IMG/VR virus record: IMGVR_UViG_3300030332_001741
Span: 1-54,984 of that record
Direction: 5' to 3' (one strand)
DNA: 54,984 nucleotides
Origin: a virus
Lineage: Duplodnaviria; Caudoviricetes
Made by a program: the position numbers and the translations under genes. The notes below the pieces were generated by a model that did no database searches, had not been told where the DNA came from, and saw only the letters and a list, made by a program, of their open reading frames with translations. Positions 10,446-20,471 of this stretch are shown here, one piece after another. Every line of letters begins with the position of its first letter. Positions within the stretch are counted from its first letter, which is position 1.

Positions 10446-10476
10446 GTTTTATTAACCTATTCTTACAATCATCTTT

Positions 10477-10938
10477 TTATTTTTGTATTTTTTTATTTTC
10501 CACTTTTTTTGTGGGTATTTTATTCCCATTTTTTGCAGCACCAATCATCCCTAATCCTGCTTTCCCAACTCTGTAGCCAAAGCTCGCAGAAATAGAAATG
10601 TATATACAATTAGCAAACCAGTCAGGTGTGCTTTCGTCTAAAAAAATAAATCCCTGTTTAACTGTTTCTTGTGTCCACGGAAGAAAACAACCTGCCAACA
10701 CAGCAATAAAAAATATCGTCCATGCTTCATCTTTCCAGGATCCTCCCATCTGCTCTGTTAATGATTTTTCCATATCAAGCTCGCCTGTAGCTTGTTTTTC
10801 ATAAACTGTTGCTTCTGCTTTAGCTTTTGCTACTTTTATAGATGTAAGAGCTTTTTTCTCATCCATCTTGCCTTTTACCCAAGATCCTGCTATATCGCCA
10901 ACTGCACTTAATAATCCTCCAATCAGTGGTAATGCCAT
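10477..10938 (-). CDS. Holin-like membrane protein (3TM/GTA-type)
   Basis: SWKDEAWTIFF motif and hydrophobic helices, basic C-terminus; start MALPLIGG coupled to the upstream stop. Confidence 0.65.
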   Translation of the reverse strand: MALPLIGGLLSAVGDIAGSWVKGKMDEKKALTSIKVAKAKAEATVYEKQATGELDMEKSLTEQMGGSWKDEAWTIFFIAVLAGCFLPWTQETVKQGFIFLDESTPDWFANCIYISISASFGYRVGKAGLGMIGAAKNGNKIPTKKVENKKIQK

Positions 10939-11111
10939 CAGACTTGTCTCCATAACATAGTTATTAAAATAATAATTGTTGATCCTGCAGATCCAATTAT
11001 AATCGCTTCAATTCTTTTTATTCTTGTAATAGTTTCTAACCATCTCTCCGCACAAACTGCTTCGTGGGTGTCCAGTTTTGCTTTTACTTGGTGTGCTGAC
11101 ATTCTCGCCAT
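10938..11111 (-). CDS. Small coiled-coil + C-terminal TM protein (57 aa, XhlA-like architecture)
   Basis: Hand translation MARMSAHQVKAKLDTHEAVCAERWLETITRIKRIEAIIIGSAGSTIIILITMLWRQV*; GGAGG SD; not in the ORF track. Confidence 0.7.
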   Translation of the reverse strand: MARMSAHQVKAKLDTHEAVCAERWLETITRIKRIEAIIIGSAGSTIIILITMLWRQV

Positions 11112-11125
11112 TTCAACCTCCTAAA

Positions 11126-11572
11126 TTAAGATGGTTCAGTTGGCCATGATATATTATCAGGATCAGCATTGTTCGCAGGAACATCTCGTAATGCTTGGCG
11201 ATAAGTTTTCCACGCATCTTTGTTAGATACTTGCGAATCCTCTAACACTACATAATCACACATTCTTAATTTTTCATATCTTTGGAATCTGACCAGTTCC
11301 CATTTTTGTTCCGTAGTAACAGGAGAATTAGAAGGTGCTACATAAGCAGTAACTTTTTGTGTATACCATTTATCACCATCCTTATAAGGAGTAACATTTT
11401 CAACCTTATCGTTTGGATGTGTAGTAGTGACAGGTGTAACCTCTACTAATTTATGTAAATCTAAAAAATCTTGATTAGGTGTACCACCAACAAAAGAAAC
11501 ATTAGAGTATTCTTTACGAATATTAGGAATCGTTTTTGTAACTGCTCCACTTTCTACTTTTAAATATGGCAT
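11126..11572 (-). CDS. Tail fibre assembly chaperone
   Basis: C-terminal R..KL..CDY...D......WKTYRQALRDVP......WPTEP signature. Confidence 0.85.
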   Translation of the reverse strand: MPYLKVESGAVTKTIPNIRKEYSNVSFVGGTPNQDFLDLHKLVEVTPVTTTHPNDKVENVTPYKDGDKWYTQKVTAYVAPSNSPVTTEQKWELVRFQRYEKLRMCDYVVLEDSQVSNKDAWKTYRQALRDVPANNADPDNISWPTEPS

Positions 11573-11582
11573 ATTGCCTCCT

Positions 11583-12860
11583 TTATGCGTTTAAATTAAT
11601 AAGTTGGGTAGACCCATCTCCTCCAGCTGGAACTCTTAAATACTGGTCCCCAGTACCTATGCTGCCCTTACCACCATTATCAGCGACTGAAATAAATCCT
11701 CCACCACAATCTATGGTTCCACTATTACTTAGTGTTCCTCCATATCCAACTATCATGTTACCTCCACCTGAACTTCCTCCTCTATTTGAATTTCCTCCAG
11801 CATCTCCACTAGCACCGCCAACACCTCGACAGTATATTCCTCCAGCAGCACCAATAGTTAAATTTCCAGAAACTAAAAGAATTATTACTCCTCCAGTTCC
11901 ATTTCCTCCTGCTACTGCTGCATAGCTTCCTGTAGTAACAGCAGCTCCTCCTGGATTTCCAGCTCCTCCTCCACAGGACCAATCTCCATTATTTTGTCCA
12001 GCAGTTCCTGCTCCTCCCCAACTATTTGCATGACAGGCTTGACCTGCATAAGCTCCACCAGCAGCTGAACCACCAGAAAAACAAGTTCCAGCACCACCTT
12101 GCATACTTATATTTTTTCCTCCACCAGCACCACCTTCTCCTGATTTTCCACAATCCGTTGGTCTTGCACCCCAACTAGATGAAACTGTATAATTATCGGC
12201 AGATTTTCCATCATGGTATACAAATGTCGAATCATTGCTATTATTATCGGTAGTAGCTGGCATACCAACTTTAAGAATATTTAATAAACTTCCTGTTCCT
12301 GTATTTGGAAAACTACTTTCTAATGCTTCAACTGCTGTACCACATCCATCAAATACTGCTCCTCCAGATAAATCTTCTGATAATCCTCCACTGGCTGGCT
12401 TAACAGGTAAATCAATTCCTCCACTAGCAACACCAGTAGGTTCTCTATTCGCTCCTCTGGCTGTCATAGATAACCAACCATTAATAGTACAATCTCCATC
12501 AACTAACACCATTAATCCTGCACATGGTTGGTCAGTAGTTAAAATATAATCAGCATCAATGGTTAATCCAGAATATTGTTTGAGTGCCATGTCTCCATCA
12601 TAAGAGCCACTCTTATTGGCAACAGTTATTTCATAAAATTTATCAGTTGAAGCTGATAAAGGAAGGGGATACTCTTTGGTTGCGGTGGTTCCATCTACAT
12701 AATAATATCCATAACTAGATGCACCAGCACTCATACCATCAGTTGTTGATCCATCAAAAGTAACAGTACCATCAGAACCATCACCAAAGTAAGTAACATC
12801 TTCACCACCAGCAGATCCTGCTGCTGCCCACCAATTATTTTTTTCGCTACCTGTACCCAT
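11583..12860 (-). CDS. Glycine-rich tail fibre / receptor-binding protein
   Basis: YFGDGSDG, GGGAG, GTGGVIILL, GGSSGGG Gly-rich motifs; upstream of the fibre chaperone. Confidence 0.7.
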   Translation of the reverse strand: MGTGSEKNNWWAAAGSAGGEDVTYFGDGSDGTVTFDGSTTDGMSAGASSYGYYYVDGTTATKEYPLPLSASTDKFYEITVANKSGSYDGDMALKQYSGLTIDADYILTTDQPCAGLMVLVDGDCTINGWLSMTARGANREPTGVASGGIDLPVKPASGGLSEDLSGGAVFDGCGTAVEALESSFPNTGTGSLLNILKVGMPATTDNNSNDSTFVYHDGKSADNYTVSSSWGARPTDCGKSGEGGAGGGKNISMQGGAGTCFSGGSAAGGAYAGQACHANSWGGAGTAGQNNGDWSCGGGAGNPGGAAVTTGSYAAVAGGNGTGGVIILLVSGNLTIGAAGGIYCRGVGGASGDAGGNSNRGGSSGGGNMIVGYGGTLSNSGTIDCGGGFISVADNGGKGSIGTGDQYLRVPAGGDGSTQLINLNA

Positions 12861-14230
12861 TATTTGCTATCCGTACTCGCAACAGCACCATGCCATATTG
12901 TTCCTCCATCTATCGTGGTGAACACTAAAATATCTAAACCTGATGCAGTTAAAGTAGGAGCACTGCCTCCAGCCCAATCTACACTTCCTGGCCAAGTTAT
13001 AGCACCTTGTGATTGTGCATTTGTCAGTAATAAGGTGAAACTACAACTATTAGCAGAAGCAGTAGGATTAGAAAAGACAAATGTTTGTGCTCCAGTTGAA
13101 ACTGTGGCGGAAACAACATTTCCACTTGTAAGATCAATAGTATCTGATCCTCCTCCTGTATCTCCTATGGCATTATGAACTTCTCCATAGTCTTTTAAAA
13201 TAGGTCGTTGAAGAATATCATCGGAACAAAGAATAGCACCTGTTCCATTAGTTGCTATGGTTATATCTCCATTCGCACCATCTGTAATTACAATAGAACC
13301 TGAATTCGTGCCACCATTTGTGTCTATTTCGAGGTCATATGCTCCACTAGAAGATATTTTGCCAGAAGCTGCACCACTTCCCACAGAAATTTCTCCTGTT
13401 CCATTTGGAGTTAACTCAATATTTCCGTTTGCAGCATCAACTATTTTAATTATTCCAGAGTTTGTGCCACCATTTGTATCCAATTCTAAATCATAAGCAC
13501 CACTAGATGTTATTTTGCCAGCAGCAGCACCACTACCAATCACCAATTCTCCTGTACCATTTGGAATTACAGAAACATTTCCATTAGCAGCATCTGTTAT
13601 TGTGATTTTACTAGAATTTGTTCCACCATTTGTATCCAATTCTAAATCATAAGCACCACTTGTTGATACTTTACCAGAAGCAGAGCCATTTCCCACAACA
13701 ACTTCTCCTGTACCATTTGGAGACAAGCCAATATTACCATTAGTGTTTGTACTAGAAATAGTGTTCCCAGAAAGAGCAATATTTCCAAAAGCAAGATTAT
13801 CAGTTATAGAAATAACTTCATCACTTGCATCACAATAAACAATATTTGTTTTTCCATTACTTACTGTGGCTGTAGCTGCAGCACTTCCCTGTGCCATAAT
13901 TACATTATAACCACCTGAAGTTGCATTCTGTATCATAAAATATGCAGTTGTAGTAGCTGGGGCAATTGTAATAGTGCAGTTTTGACTTAATGTTCCTGTG
14001 AATTTGATTACACGATACATGCCATCTTGAACATTACTAGATCCACTGCTAGGAGATGCAGCTCTTACTGTTAAAGTGGCAGTTGAAGCATCAGAGAGAG
14101 CAACAGCAGTATATGCTGTTATTCTATCAAGAATATCAAAATTATAATTAGTTGTTACACCCCATGTTCCAGACTGATCGCCTGTTGCCATCTCCTCGAT
14201 GCCATAATTTGTAGTATATGAGCTTGCCAT
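12860..14230 (-). CDS. Tail fibre protein with three 52-aa repeats
   Basis: MASSY...GDQSGTWG..TN.N N-terminus; repeats of NGxIxxxPNGTGE...SGAYDLELDTNGGTNS; C-terminal ITWPGSVDWAGGSAPTLT...DILVF domain. Confidence 0.75.
   Translation of the reverse strand: MASSYTTNYGIEEMATGDQSGTWGVTTNYNFDILDRITAYTAVALSDASTATLTVRAASPSSGSSNVQDGMYRVIKFTGTLSQNCTITIAPATTTAYFMIQNATSGGYNVIMAQGSAAATATVSNGKTNIVYCDASDEVISITDNLAFGNIALSGNTISSTNTNGNIGLSPNGTGEVVVGNGSASGKVSTSGAYDLELDTNGGTNSSKITITDAANGNVSVIPNGTGELVIGSGAAAGKITSSGAYDLELDTNGGTNSGIIKIVDAANGNIELTPNGTGEISVGSGAASGKISSSGAYDLEIDTNGGTNSGSIVITDGANGDITIATNGTGAILCSDDILQRPILKDYGEVHNAIGDTGGGSDTIDLTSGNVVSATVSTGAQTFVFSNPTASANSCSFTLLLTNAQSQGAITWPGSVDWAGGSAPTLTASGLDILVFTTIDGGTIWHGAVASTDSK
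13311..13660. repeat. 156-bp period intragenic repeat in tail fibre
   Basis: 38-bp identical block at 13467-13504 and 13623-13660; diverged third copy from 13311. Confidence 0.9.
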
Positions 14231-14231
14231 T

Positions 14232-14648
14232 TTAGTCTATCCTTATAATTGCTGCCGTTCCTGCTGCTGGGAAGACAATTGTGAATGTTCCTCCTGATAC
14301 TGTGAAATCTCCACCAAAAGCCAAAACGGCAATGGCTTTATTACTTGCTGAAGAATTATAAATAACTGCTCCATTTGCCGTAAATGATGCGGATGACCAG
14401 GAAGGATCTGCGGAATCAAAATAAGCCACTGTCCCAGATGTTGAGACTGTCTGACTTGTTAATGCAACACCACCAGCCGAATAGCCTGTTCCTGAAATCT
14501 CATTCGTTGCACTATAAGCTGTGGTTGTTGCTCCTAAAGTTGCACTGCTCGTGTAAAGAGCGATTTTTATTGTGTCGCTGCCTAAATCATGCTCTTTTTC
14601 AAGAATCTGTTGTTTAAAGCTAGTGCACATTGCTTGGGATATTGCCAT
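14232..14648 (-). CDS. Virion structural protein (tail-associated, 138 aa)
   Basis: MAISQAMCTSFK...KIALY...Y.ATNE.SGTGY.AGG conserved phage structural pattern. Confidence 0.7.
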   Translation of the reverse strand: MAISQAMCTSFKQQILEKEHDLGSDTIKIALYTSSATLGATTTAYSATNEISGTGYSAGGVALTSQTVSTSGTVAYFDSADPSWSSASFTANGAVIYNSSASNKAIAVLAFGGDFTVSGGTFTIVFPAAGTAAIIRID

Positions 14649-15271
14649 TATATTCCTCCATTATATTCTGCTGCATAATCTCGTTTCATCTCTTCTTGAA
14701 GTAATTTTATTGCTTCATCAAACTGAGTCTTATATAAAGATACTGTTTCTGGTGCTTTAAGAAAAGCACTAGCTTCGTATAAACAAGCACTTAATAAAAC
14801 ATTGGTTGCATTGTTCCCAATCCAAGTTGTTGTATTCCCTGATGATAAGCCAGTTTCAGGAGCAATATAATCAACTGCATAAGCATAAGTAGAATCTGGC
14901 GTTGGAGCCAATTTTATTATTGTTCCAGAAGTGGATGCAGAATTAGTGCTATACATCTCTGGTTGAGCTTGTGTGCTTGAATTTTTCCAATAATCATTTA
15001 AATAAGAATCTATTCTGTGGTTCAGATAAACAATGTTGCTTGAACTTGTAATTGAAACTTGACGAATCATTCTTGCTGTAGCAATTGTGTAATTTGTTTG
15101 CCCAACTACAAGTGATCCTGTTGTTGCTGCTCTATAGCAAGGAAGATTTGGAGCTCTTTGGAATATAATTTCTTCAGCTTGCTGTATTATTACATCTAAA
15201 GAAGTTGATAATTCAGTGCCATCATCCTCCAAAAAATTTTGAATATTTGTTTTTAAATCAGTATAATTCAT
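14648..15271 (-). CDS. Head-tail adaptor/connector-like protein
   Basis: MNYTDLKTNIQNF...APTPD..Y...Y...LLxACLxEA..FLK pattern. Confidence 0.6.
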   Translation of the reverse strand: MNYTDLKTNIQNFLEDDGTELSTSLDVIIQQAEEIIFQRAPNLPCYRAATTGSLVVGQTNYTIATARMIRQVSITSSSNIVYLNHRIDSYLNDYWKNSSTQAQPEMYSTNSASTSGTIIKLAPTPDSTYAYAVDYIAPETGLSSGNTTTWIGNNATNVLLSACLYEASAFLKAPETVSLYKTQFDEAIKLLQEEMKRDYAAEYNGGI

Positions 15272-15274
15272 TTT

Positions 15275-16150
15275 TTATTGACCCCATGTGCTATCACCCC
15301 AAGTTACATCACCCCAAGAAGTGTATGTTGTTGTAACAGAAATTGAACCCAGAGCACCAGTTCCTGCGACGCCAGTTTCTGTAATAGAGACTCCTAATGT
15401 TATGCTGGATATGGTTCCGATTGCACCTGTTCCTGCGACACCAATCGCATCAACTTCTGGGGCAGGATCACTTATTCCCCAAGCACCTAATCCCCAAGGA
15501 CCAATTCCCCATCTATTGTGGTCTGGATTTGGTGTCGCTGTTCCTATTGCACCTGTTCCTGCGACGCCAGTTTCAGTGATACTTAAATTAACACCATCTG
15601 TCTCAGCATATGTCCCAATTGTGCCAGTACCAGCAACACCTGTTAATGCTTGCTCGGTTGTAAAGGAGGCAATAGTTCCTATTGCACCTGTGCCAGCAAT
15701 ACCTGTTGGTTCAGTTTCAAGATAAACTTTATCGTCTGGTGATACTCTTGCATATCCCTCAACACCATCTGCGAAAACATCTTGTGCAAATAAAATGCTA
15801 ACATTGCCAACACTTCCTTTTGCATGTGGCATCTGTGGTTTTTTATATTGTGTTGAGTCTAAAGATCTTTGTGTAAAGCCATCAGCATCGGTTTGTGCTT
15901 TATTAAAATCAAACCAGCCATATTGCAGATTAATCCAAATATTCGTTGGATCATTATCAGGACGAGGTTTGAACAATGCAACTGCATCAATAACATTCTT
16001 TGCAGGAGTTAATTGTGGTTGCTTTGGATCATAATCTTCTGGTCCAACTCGAAGATTATTCCATTCAGTTTTTAAATCCTTATATTTTAAACGAAAACCA
16101 CTACGATCTGAAATTGCTAATGATTTTCTTCCTGTTGCATATTTAGCCAT
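15275..16150 (-). CDS. Virion protein with conserved N-domain and TGVAGTGAIG/WG repeats
   Basis: MAKYATG..SLAISDRSGF...EW......YDPKQPQL N-terminus; repeated GxAGTGAIG and WG motifs. Confidence 0.65.
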   Translation of the reverse strand: MAKYATGRKSLAISDRSGFRLKYKDLKTEWNNLRVGPEDYDPKQPQLTPAKNVIDAVALFKPRPDNDPTNIWINLQYGWFDFNKAQTDADGFTQRSLDSTQYKKPQMPHAKGSVGNVSILFAQDVFADGVEGYARVSPDDKVYLETEPTGIAGTGAIGTIASFTTEQALTGVAGTGTIGTYAETDGVNLSITETGVAGTGAIGTATPNPDHNRWGIGPWGLGAWGISDPAPEVDAIGVAGTGAIGTISSITLGVSITETGVAGTGALGSISVTTTYTSWGDVTWGDSTWGQ

Positions 16151-16826
16151 TTAAATTAAGTCCTGTTGGTCTTATTCTTAATGAAACATTAGCTCCTTCT
16201 TCTGCTGAAGCAAATTGAAAAGATCTTTCTGCTAATTCATTTAAAATTTGAACACGATCTGGCATAAATTTCAAAGCAAGTTTTGCTGCTAAACCAGCAC
16301 ACATAGCATCATTCCATCTATAAGGAACATCAGCATCCTGATAAGAAGCTGTAACATCTTCAATCTGGAACACACCATAATATCTTATCGAATCGTTCGC
16401 ATTATCAGGCACTGGCCAAACAGTCATGGTTGGTGTGTATTGTCTATCTAACATGTATTGAGAAGACACTCCACTTGTAGTTTTATCAGGAAGCTGATTG
16501 TAATCAGAAATAGCCACTCTATTCACGATCTGATCGCTAGAAGTTGAACCTGAAACTTTCCTATATACAACATTAATAATATCTACTAATCCTGCATCAA
16601 GAGTATATGGTGCTTGGTCAGCAACCAGTGTAACAGTTTTATAATCAACTGTCCAATAATTCCAACCACGATTAGACCATTCAGAGAAAAGAAGATTTAA
16701 ACTTCTTCTTGCTGAAACTGCTTTATCACCTGTTTGAGTCTGTGGATCAATACCACATCTCTCATATGCTTCAGCAATCACCTCTTCTATATTTGGTCTA
16801 AATGCTACTGTTCCAGATGTTGCCAT
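16143..16826 (-). CDS. Tail adaptor / tubular protein A-like
   Basis: MATSGT..F...IEEVI.EAYERCG...ARRSLNLLF.EW.NRG, WPVPD, AGLA..LA.K. Confidence 0.7.
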   Translation of the reverse strand: MATSGTVAFRPNIEEVIAEAYERCGIDPQTQTGDKAVSARRSLNLLFSEWSNRGWNYWTVDYKTVTLVADQAPYTLDAGLVDIINVVYRKVSGSTSSDQIVNRVAISDYNQLPDKTTSGVSSQYMLDRQYTPTMTVWPVPDNANDSIRYYGVFQIEDVTASYQDADVPYRWNDAMCAGLAAKLALKFMPDRVQILNELAERSFQFASAEEGANVSLRIRPTGLNLNG

Positions 16827-16827
16827 T

Positions 16828-17241
16828 TTAATATAACTTCTGCATCCTTAAAACAATTTGATAACTATCAGTTGTTGCTCCTGCTCCTGTGGTTGTAAAT
16901 TTTACATCTCCACCAGGAGAAGCTCCATAAGTTAATGTTGATGGCAATCCACCAAATCTAGAGAAATCCTGATATCCTGATTGATCTGCATCAAGATGCA
17001 TCATAATTGCATCTACTGTTGCATCAGCCAGAATTTCAACAGTCATCCCATAAATGGTCCACCATGCTTCAACGATTCTAACGCTAGTGCAAGACTCACC
17101 ATCAGAATTTGTCTTTAAACTAGAAACATCAACTTTAAGAACTGCACTTTCATTGCCAGTATCAATATATTGATATTGAAATGCCATAACAGCTTCTCTA
17201 ACACTATCATTTATTGTTGTTGTTGTAGTTATATCAGCCAT
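16828..17241 (-). CDS. Hypothetical virion structural protein (137 aa)
   Basis: ESAVLKVDVS.L, DFS.FGG motifs; within the head-tail block. Confidence 0.55.
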   Translation of the reverse strand: MADITTTTTINDSVREAVMAFQYQYIDTGNESAVLKVDVSSLKTNSDGESCTSVRIVEAWWTIYGMTVEILADATVDAIMMHLDADQSGYQDFSRFGGLPSTLTYGASPGGDVKFTTTGAGATTDSYQIVLRMQKLY

Positions 17242-17254
17242 TAATTCTCTCCTA

Positions 17255-17881
17255 TTAAGAAGCTACATCGTAACCAATTATTTCAATCAGTAAACGACCT
17301 GCTGTGTATGCTGTATTTCCTGTTCCTTGACTTACCAAATAAAGATATTGGTCAGCAGTAATATCTCCAGCTCCTGTAATTGTGCCAGCAGCTTGTGTGC
17401 CACCATTAATAATTTGTGTTTCTGTTAAATCAGCAATAGCTTCATCATTCACACCTGTTCCTTCTGTAGCAGAATATAAATCAATATCTGCATCACCAGA
17501 GCCAGCAGCTGGAGCTTCAAGACAAGTCATTTTTACACCAAAAACAGTTCCTTGATTAGCTGTAGTCACTTGACCTATAAAAGCTACACCTGCACCATCT
17601 TTACCAATAATATCGCCAGCACCACCACCAGAATATAAACCTGTTAAATCTATCATAATTGAAGTGGTAACGATATTAACATTCGTGGTAACATCACTCT
17701 TAAGTCTTTCAACTTGAGTTACATAAACAGAAGCAGTTCCTTCTATTCCTGCACTTTCTGTACCTTCTACTGCCATTTTGTCACCACTAGTCACAGTGAT
17801 GGCACCAGTAGTTGCATTCTTTGATATGGTCTGAAAACCATTTTCCGATCTTACTGGACCATTAAATGTTGTTGTTGCCAT
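17255..17881 (-). CDS. Virion structural protein (MATTTFNGPVRS family, possible head fibre/decoration)
   Basis: N-terminus typical of the gene that follows gpT-like capsid genes in this phage type; Thr/Gly-rich beta protein; AAGGA SD. Confidence 0.6.
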   Translation of the reverse strand: MATTTFNGPVRSENGFQTISKNATTGAITVTSGDKMAVEGTESAGIEGTASVYVTQVERLKSDVTTNVNIVTTSIMIDLTGLYSGGGAGDIIGKDGAGVAFIGQVTTANQGTVFGVKMTCLEAPAAGSGDADIDLYSATEGTGVNDEAIADLTETQIINGGTQAAGTITGAGDITADQYLYLVSQGTGNTAYTAGRLLIEIIGYDVAS

Positions 17882-17894
17882 AATATAAATTCCT

Positions 17895-17967
17895 TCTCAA
17901 AAAAGGTTGCACTCTAAAGTCTTTTTGAGCGTCTGCTGGGGCAGTCTTTAGAGTCAAATTCCCAGAC
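17895..17967 (-). ncRNA. Structured leader RNA, Mu-gpT-DE-like, with pseudoknot potential
   Basis: Minus strand TCTGGGAATTTGACTCTAAAGACTGCCCCAGCAGACGCTCAAAAAGACTTTAGAGTGCAACCTTTTTTGAG: 9-bp stem ACTCTAAAG/CTTTAGAGT, CTGGG/CCCAG pairing, CTCAAAAA/TTTTTGAG pairing. The family name is from memory and was not searched. Confidence 0.6.
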
Positions 17968-17975
17968 TTCTTTAA

Positions 17976-18004
17976 TTATTACTTGATAACTGGGTGAAAG
18001 TAAA
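17976..18004 (-). promoter_or_regulatory. Putative promoter TTTACT-N17-TAATAA
   Basis: Same -35 hexamer as the other intergenic promoters; sits immediately upstream of the structured RNA. Confidence 0.5.
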
Positions 18005-18007
18005 TGG

Positions 18008-20464
18008 TTAAATACCAGGAAGACCTGTTCCTTGGACTTTGTCTATTAATTCAGGTGTAATTTCTAAGTATATTCCCTCTTCCCCTTTCATCCTTTTTAA
18101 TATTCCTGCATCAATCAAATTGTCAGTTTCTGATTTGGAAAGATTTTTGATCGCATCGTCCAATGCAAATCCATGAATCTCATTATATGTGTTTAAAGTC
18201 TTTCCAATTCTATCTAGTTTGAGATTTGAATTAGCATCAGATGCAGCAAGACTTCTTGCATATTCCAATTTTCCTATTTCACTATCATCAATCCCCACAG
18301 ATCCAGAAGCAAACCCCATTTCTTTCGAAGCTTGTTTATCGGCTTTTCTGAGAGTTTTAATCCATAAATTTATAGAGCTCTCTTGTTCTGGGAATTTTCT
18401 AATTATTTCTGTTGCTATTGTTTCAATTTCATCAACATAAGCAGCACCAACCTTTTCACCTATTATATTTGCAAGTAAAGCATCAAGTTGTTTATCTACT
18501 GTATATCCTCCTGGATCTACTGCTGAAGGATGCACCAAAGGATTAGAAGTATAAGGATGATAATATTTATTCATAAAAGAACTCATAGGCTGGTCTAAAA
18601 TGCGTGTATGTCGACCATAAAGTTCCATCAAGAATTTTTCTTCTGCGACGGGAATTCCTGAAAACATCACTCTAATATCATTTGTAGCTGTCTTTCCTAT
18701 TGTTTCAGGAGCTTCGGAAAATTTAAGATCTAAATTCTTTAATTTTTTTGGTAATTCTTTTTCATAGATCCTAGTTATATATGCTTTGTCACTGGCACTA
18801 ATATTGTCTCCATATGTTTCTAAAACTTCCCTAGCAGTAGGAAATTTAATTCTTTTAATATTTGGATTATTAACTGCCATTTCTACTATGTTTGACACTT
18901 CCCATTGAAGCCAGTTCTCTCTGTTTAATAGAGGATGATGATATGGTGCTTCTCTAACTCCTATATCAGGCTGGAGTGCCTGCGGATTGAACTCATATGA
19001 CATATTTCTTGTTGGAGCTATTTCTATTAATGGATCTAACTTCTGCATCCTTTCCTGGAATATGTAAAAAGGATTTGCATTACCATCCTTAAATCCACCC
19101 CAATTTATCGGACTGCCATCACTTTTAAAAAATGGAACTAATATATCTCCATTTACACCTGCATTCATTTTCTTCCACATGTCTGGATTTGCTTTTCTCC
19201 AGTCTTCCCACATTTTTGTAGGAAAGTTTGGATGGTCTATAATTGCATCAAATACTTCTCTGGGCAGTTTATTCTTTCCAAGATGAAAAGAAAAAGCTTC
19301 TCCAGGTGGAATGTCTGGAAATTCATCCCAGGATCGGTTTCTTGTCATGGCTTTGAATAGAGCCTGTGTTTTTTCAATATATAGATCATTTTCAGGAGTT
19401 CCTCTGAATCCTGTAGATCTTATAGAGGATGCCATGTCTGACTGGAATTCAAGAGGATATAGAGTGTCGTCCCTAATTTCATATTTAGTATGGGATAAAA
19501 TTCCATCTCTATGTCCTACAGGAAAATGTACTTGGGCATCTGGATTTGTGACTTTTGAAATCTGTTTATTGTACATATTTTTTGAATTTGGATTCACTTT
19601 GGTTACAGACATAGTTCCAAATCGTCCATCTATAAGTTCAACATCCATATCATCAAAATAATTATTCACCTCTAAATCATCTATAATTTTTGTTATTGGC
19701 TGGACTTTATTCATATTGTATCCAAGCGCATCTAAGTGCTCTCGTATAGCTCTGAATTCCACTCCTTTTAGTCCTCCTTCATTTTGGATTCTATCCTCTA
19801 AATTTTTAAGCATTGTATTTGCTGTAGTGTTTAACTCTTCCCCTCTTGCCACAGTTGGCAATCTCTTAATATAGTTCAATGCTCTGCTAAAAATACCTGC
19901 TTCTGCCTCTGTAGGAACTAAAGTTATTCCTCCAAGAGCAAGAAAAGTTTTAAGACTTTTTGCAATACCACCAACTCCTAAAGCTGAAACTGAAACTTGA
20001 AGAGGATCATGTCTTTTTAGTCCTTCTATAACATCCCAAGCTGCTGCTCCAATTCCAACTGGTCCTCCTATAATATAAGGAATAAGTGTTTTCATATAAT
20101 AAGGAAGTTCAAGCACGCCAGCGTAATTTGCAGCATTAGGATCTTTTCTAAATGTTTCAAGAGGCATAGTTCTTTCAAAAGTCCTATGTCCAAGCACTCC
20201 AAAATCCCCAGTAGTCAGGAAATTAGACATTGTTTCTGGAACAAGATCTGTATCAGGCATTACACCCCAAGGATCCAAAGATTTTCCTTTTAATCCCAAT
20301 CGCCAATTTCTAGGCATAAGACCTGGAGAAACAGTTGCCATACCCATTTGGTCACGCCAAATACTCTTTTCTTCATCTGTTGGGAATTGCTTATGCAGAA
20401 ATTCCTGCTCCATTTGCGGTAAAGCATTAAACCAGTCTAAATTTGGTTCTTTAATTTCTGCCAT
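18008..20464 (-). CDS. Large hypothetical protein (818 aa), probable internal/polyvalent-type virion protein
   Basis: Hydrophobic segments plus PTEAEAG near aa 185; LEFQSD...APY...W...A...IYEKELP...EITPE motif series. Confidence 0.55.
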   Translation of the reverse strand: MAEIKEPNLDWFNALPQMEQEFLHKQFPTDEEKSIWRDQMGMATVSPGLMPRNWRLGLKGKSLDPWGVMPDTDLVPETMSNFLTTGDFGVLGHRTFERTMPLETFRKDPNAANYAGVLELPYYMKTLIPYIIGGPVGIGAAAWDVIEGLKRHDPLQVSVSALGVGGIAKSLKTFLALGGITLVPTEAEAGIFSRALNYIKRLPTVARGEELNTTANTMLKNLEDRIQNEGGLKGVEFRAIREHLDALGYNMNKVQPITKIIDDLEVNNYFDDMDVELIDGRFGTMSVTKVNPNSKNMYNKQISKVTNPDAQVHFPVGHRDGILSHTKYEIRDDTLYPLEFQSDMASSIRSTGFRGTPENDLYIEKTQALFKAMTRNRSWDEFPDIPPGEAFSFHLGKNKLPREVFDAIIDHPNFPTKMWEDWRKANPDMWKKMNAGVNGDILVPFFKSDGSPINWGGFKDGNANPFYIFQERMQKLDPLIEIAPTRNMSYEFNPQALQPDIGVREAPYHHPLLNRENWLQWEVSNIVEMAVNNPNIKRIKFPTAREVLETYGDNISASDKAYITRIYEKELPKKLKNLDLKFSEAPETIGKTATNDIRVMFSGIPVAEEKFLMELYGRHTRILDQPMSSFMNKYYHPYTSNPLVHPSAVDPGGYTVDKQLDALLANIIGEKVGAAYVDEIETIATEIIRKFPEQESSINLWIKTLRKADKQASKEMGFASGSVGIDDSEIGKLEYARSLAASDANSNLKLDRIGKTLNTYNEIHGFALDDAIKNLSKSETDNLIDAGILKRMKGEEGIYLEITPELIDKVQGTGLPGI

Positions 20465-20471
20465 TTTAATA

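Noticed and set aside
13311-13660. Tail-fibre repeats as a diversity-generating retroelement TR/VR pair
   Set aside because: No reverse transcriptase in the genome; the repeats are in-frame structural units without adenine-specific differences.
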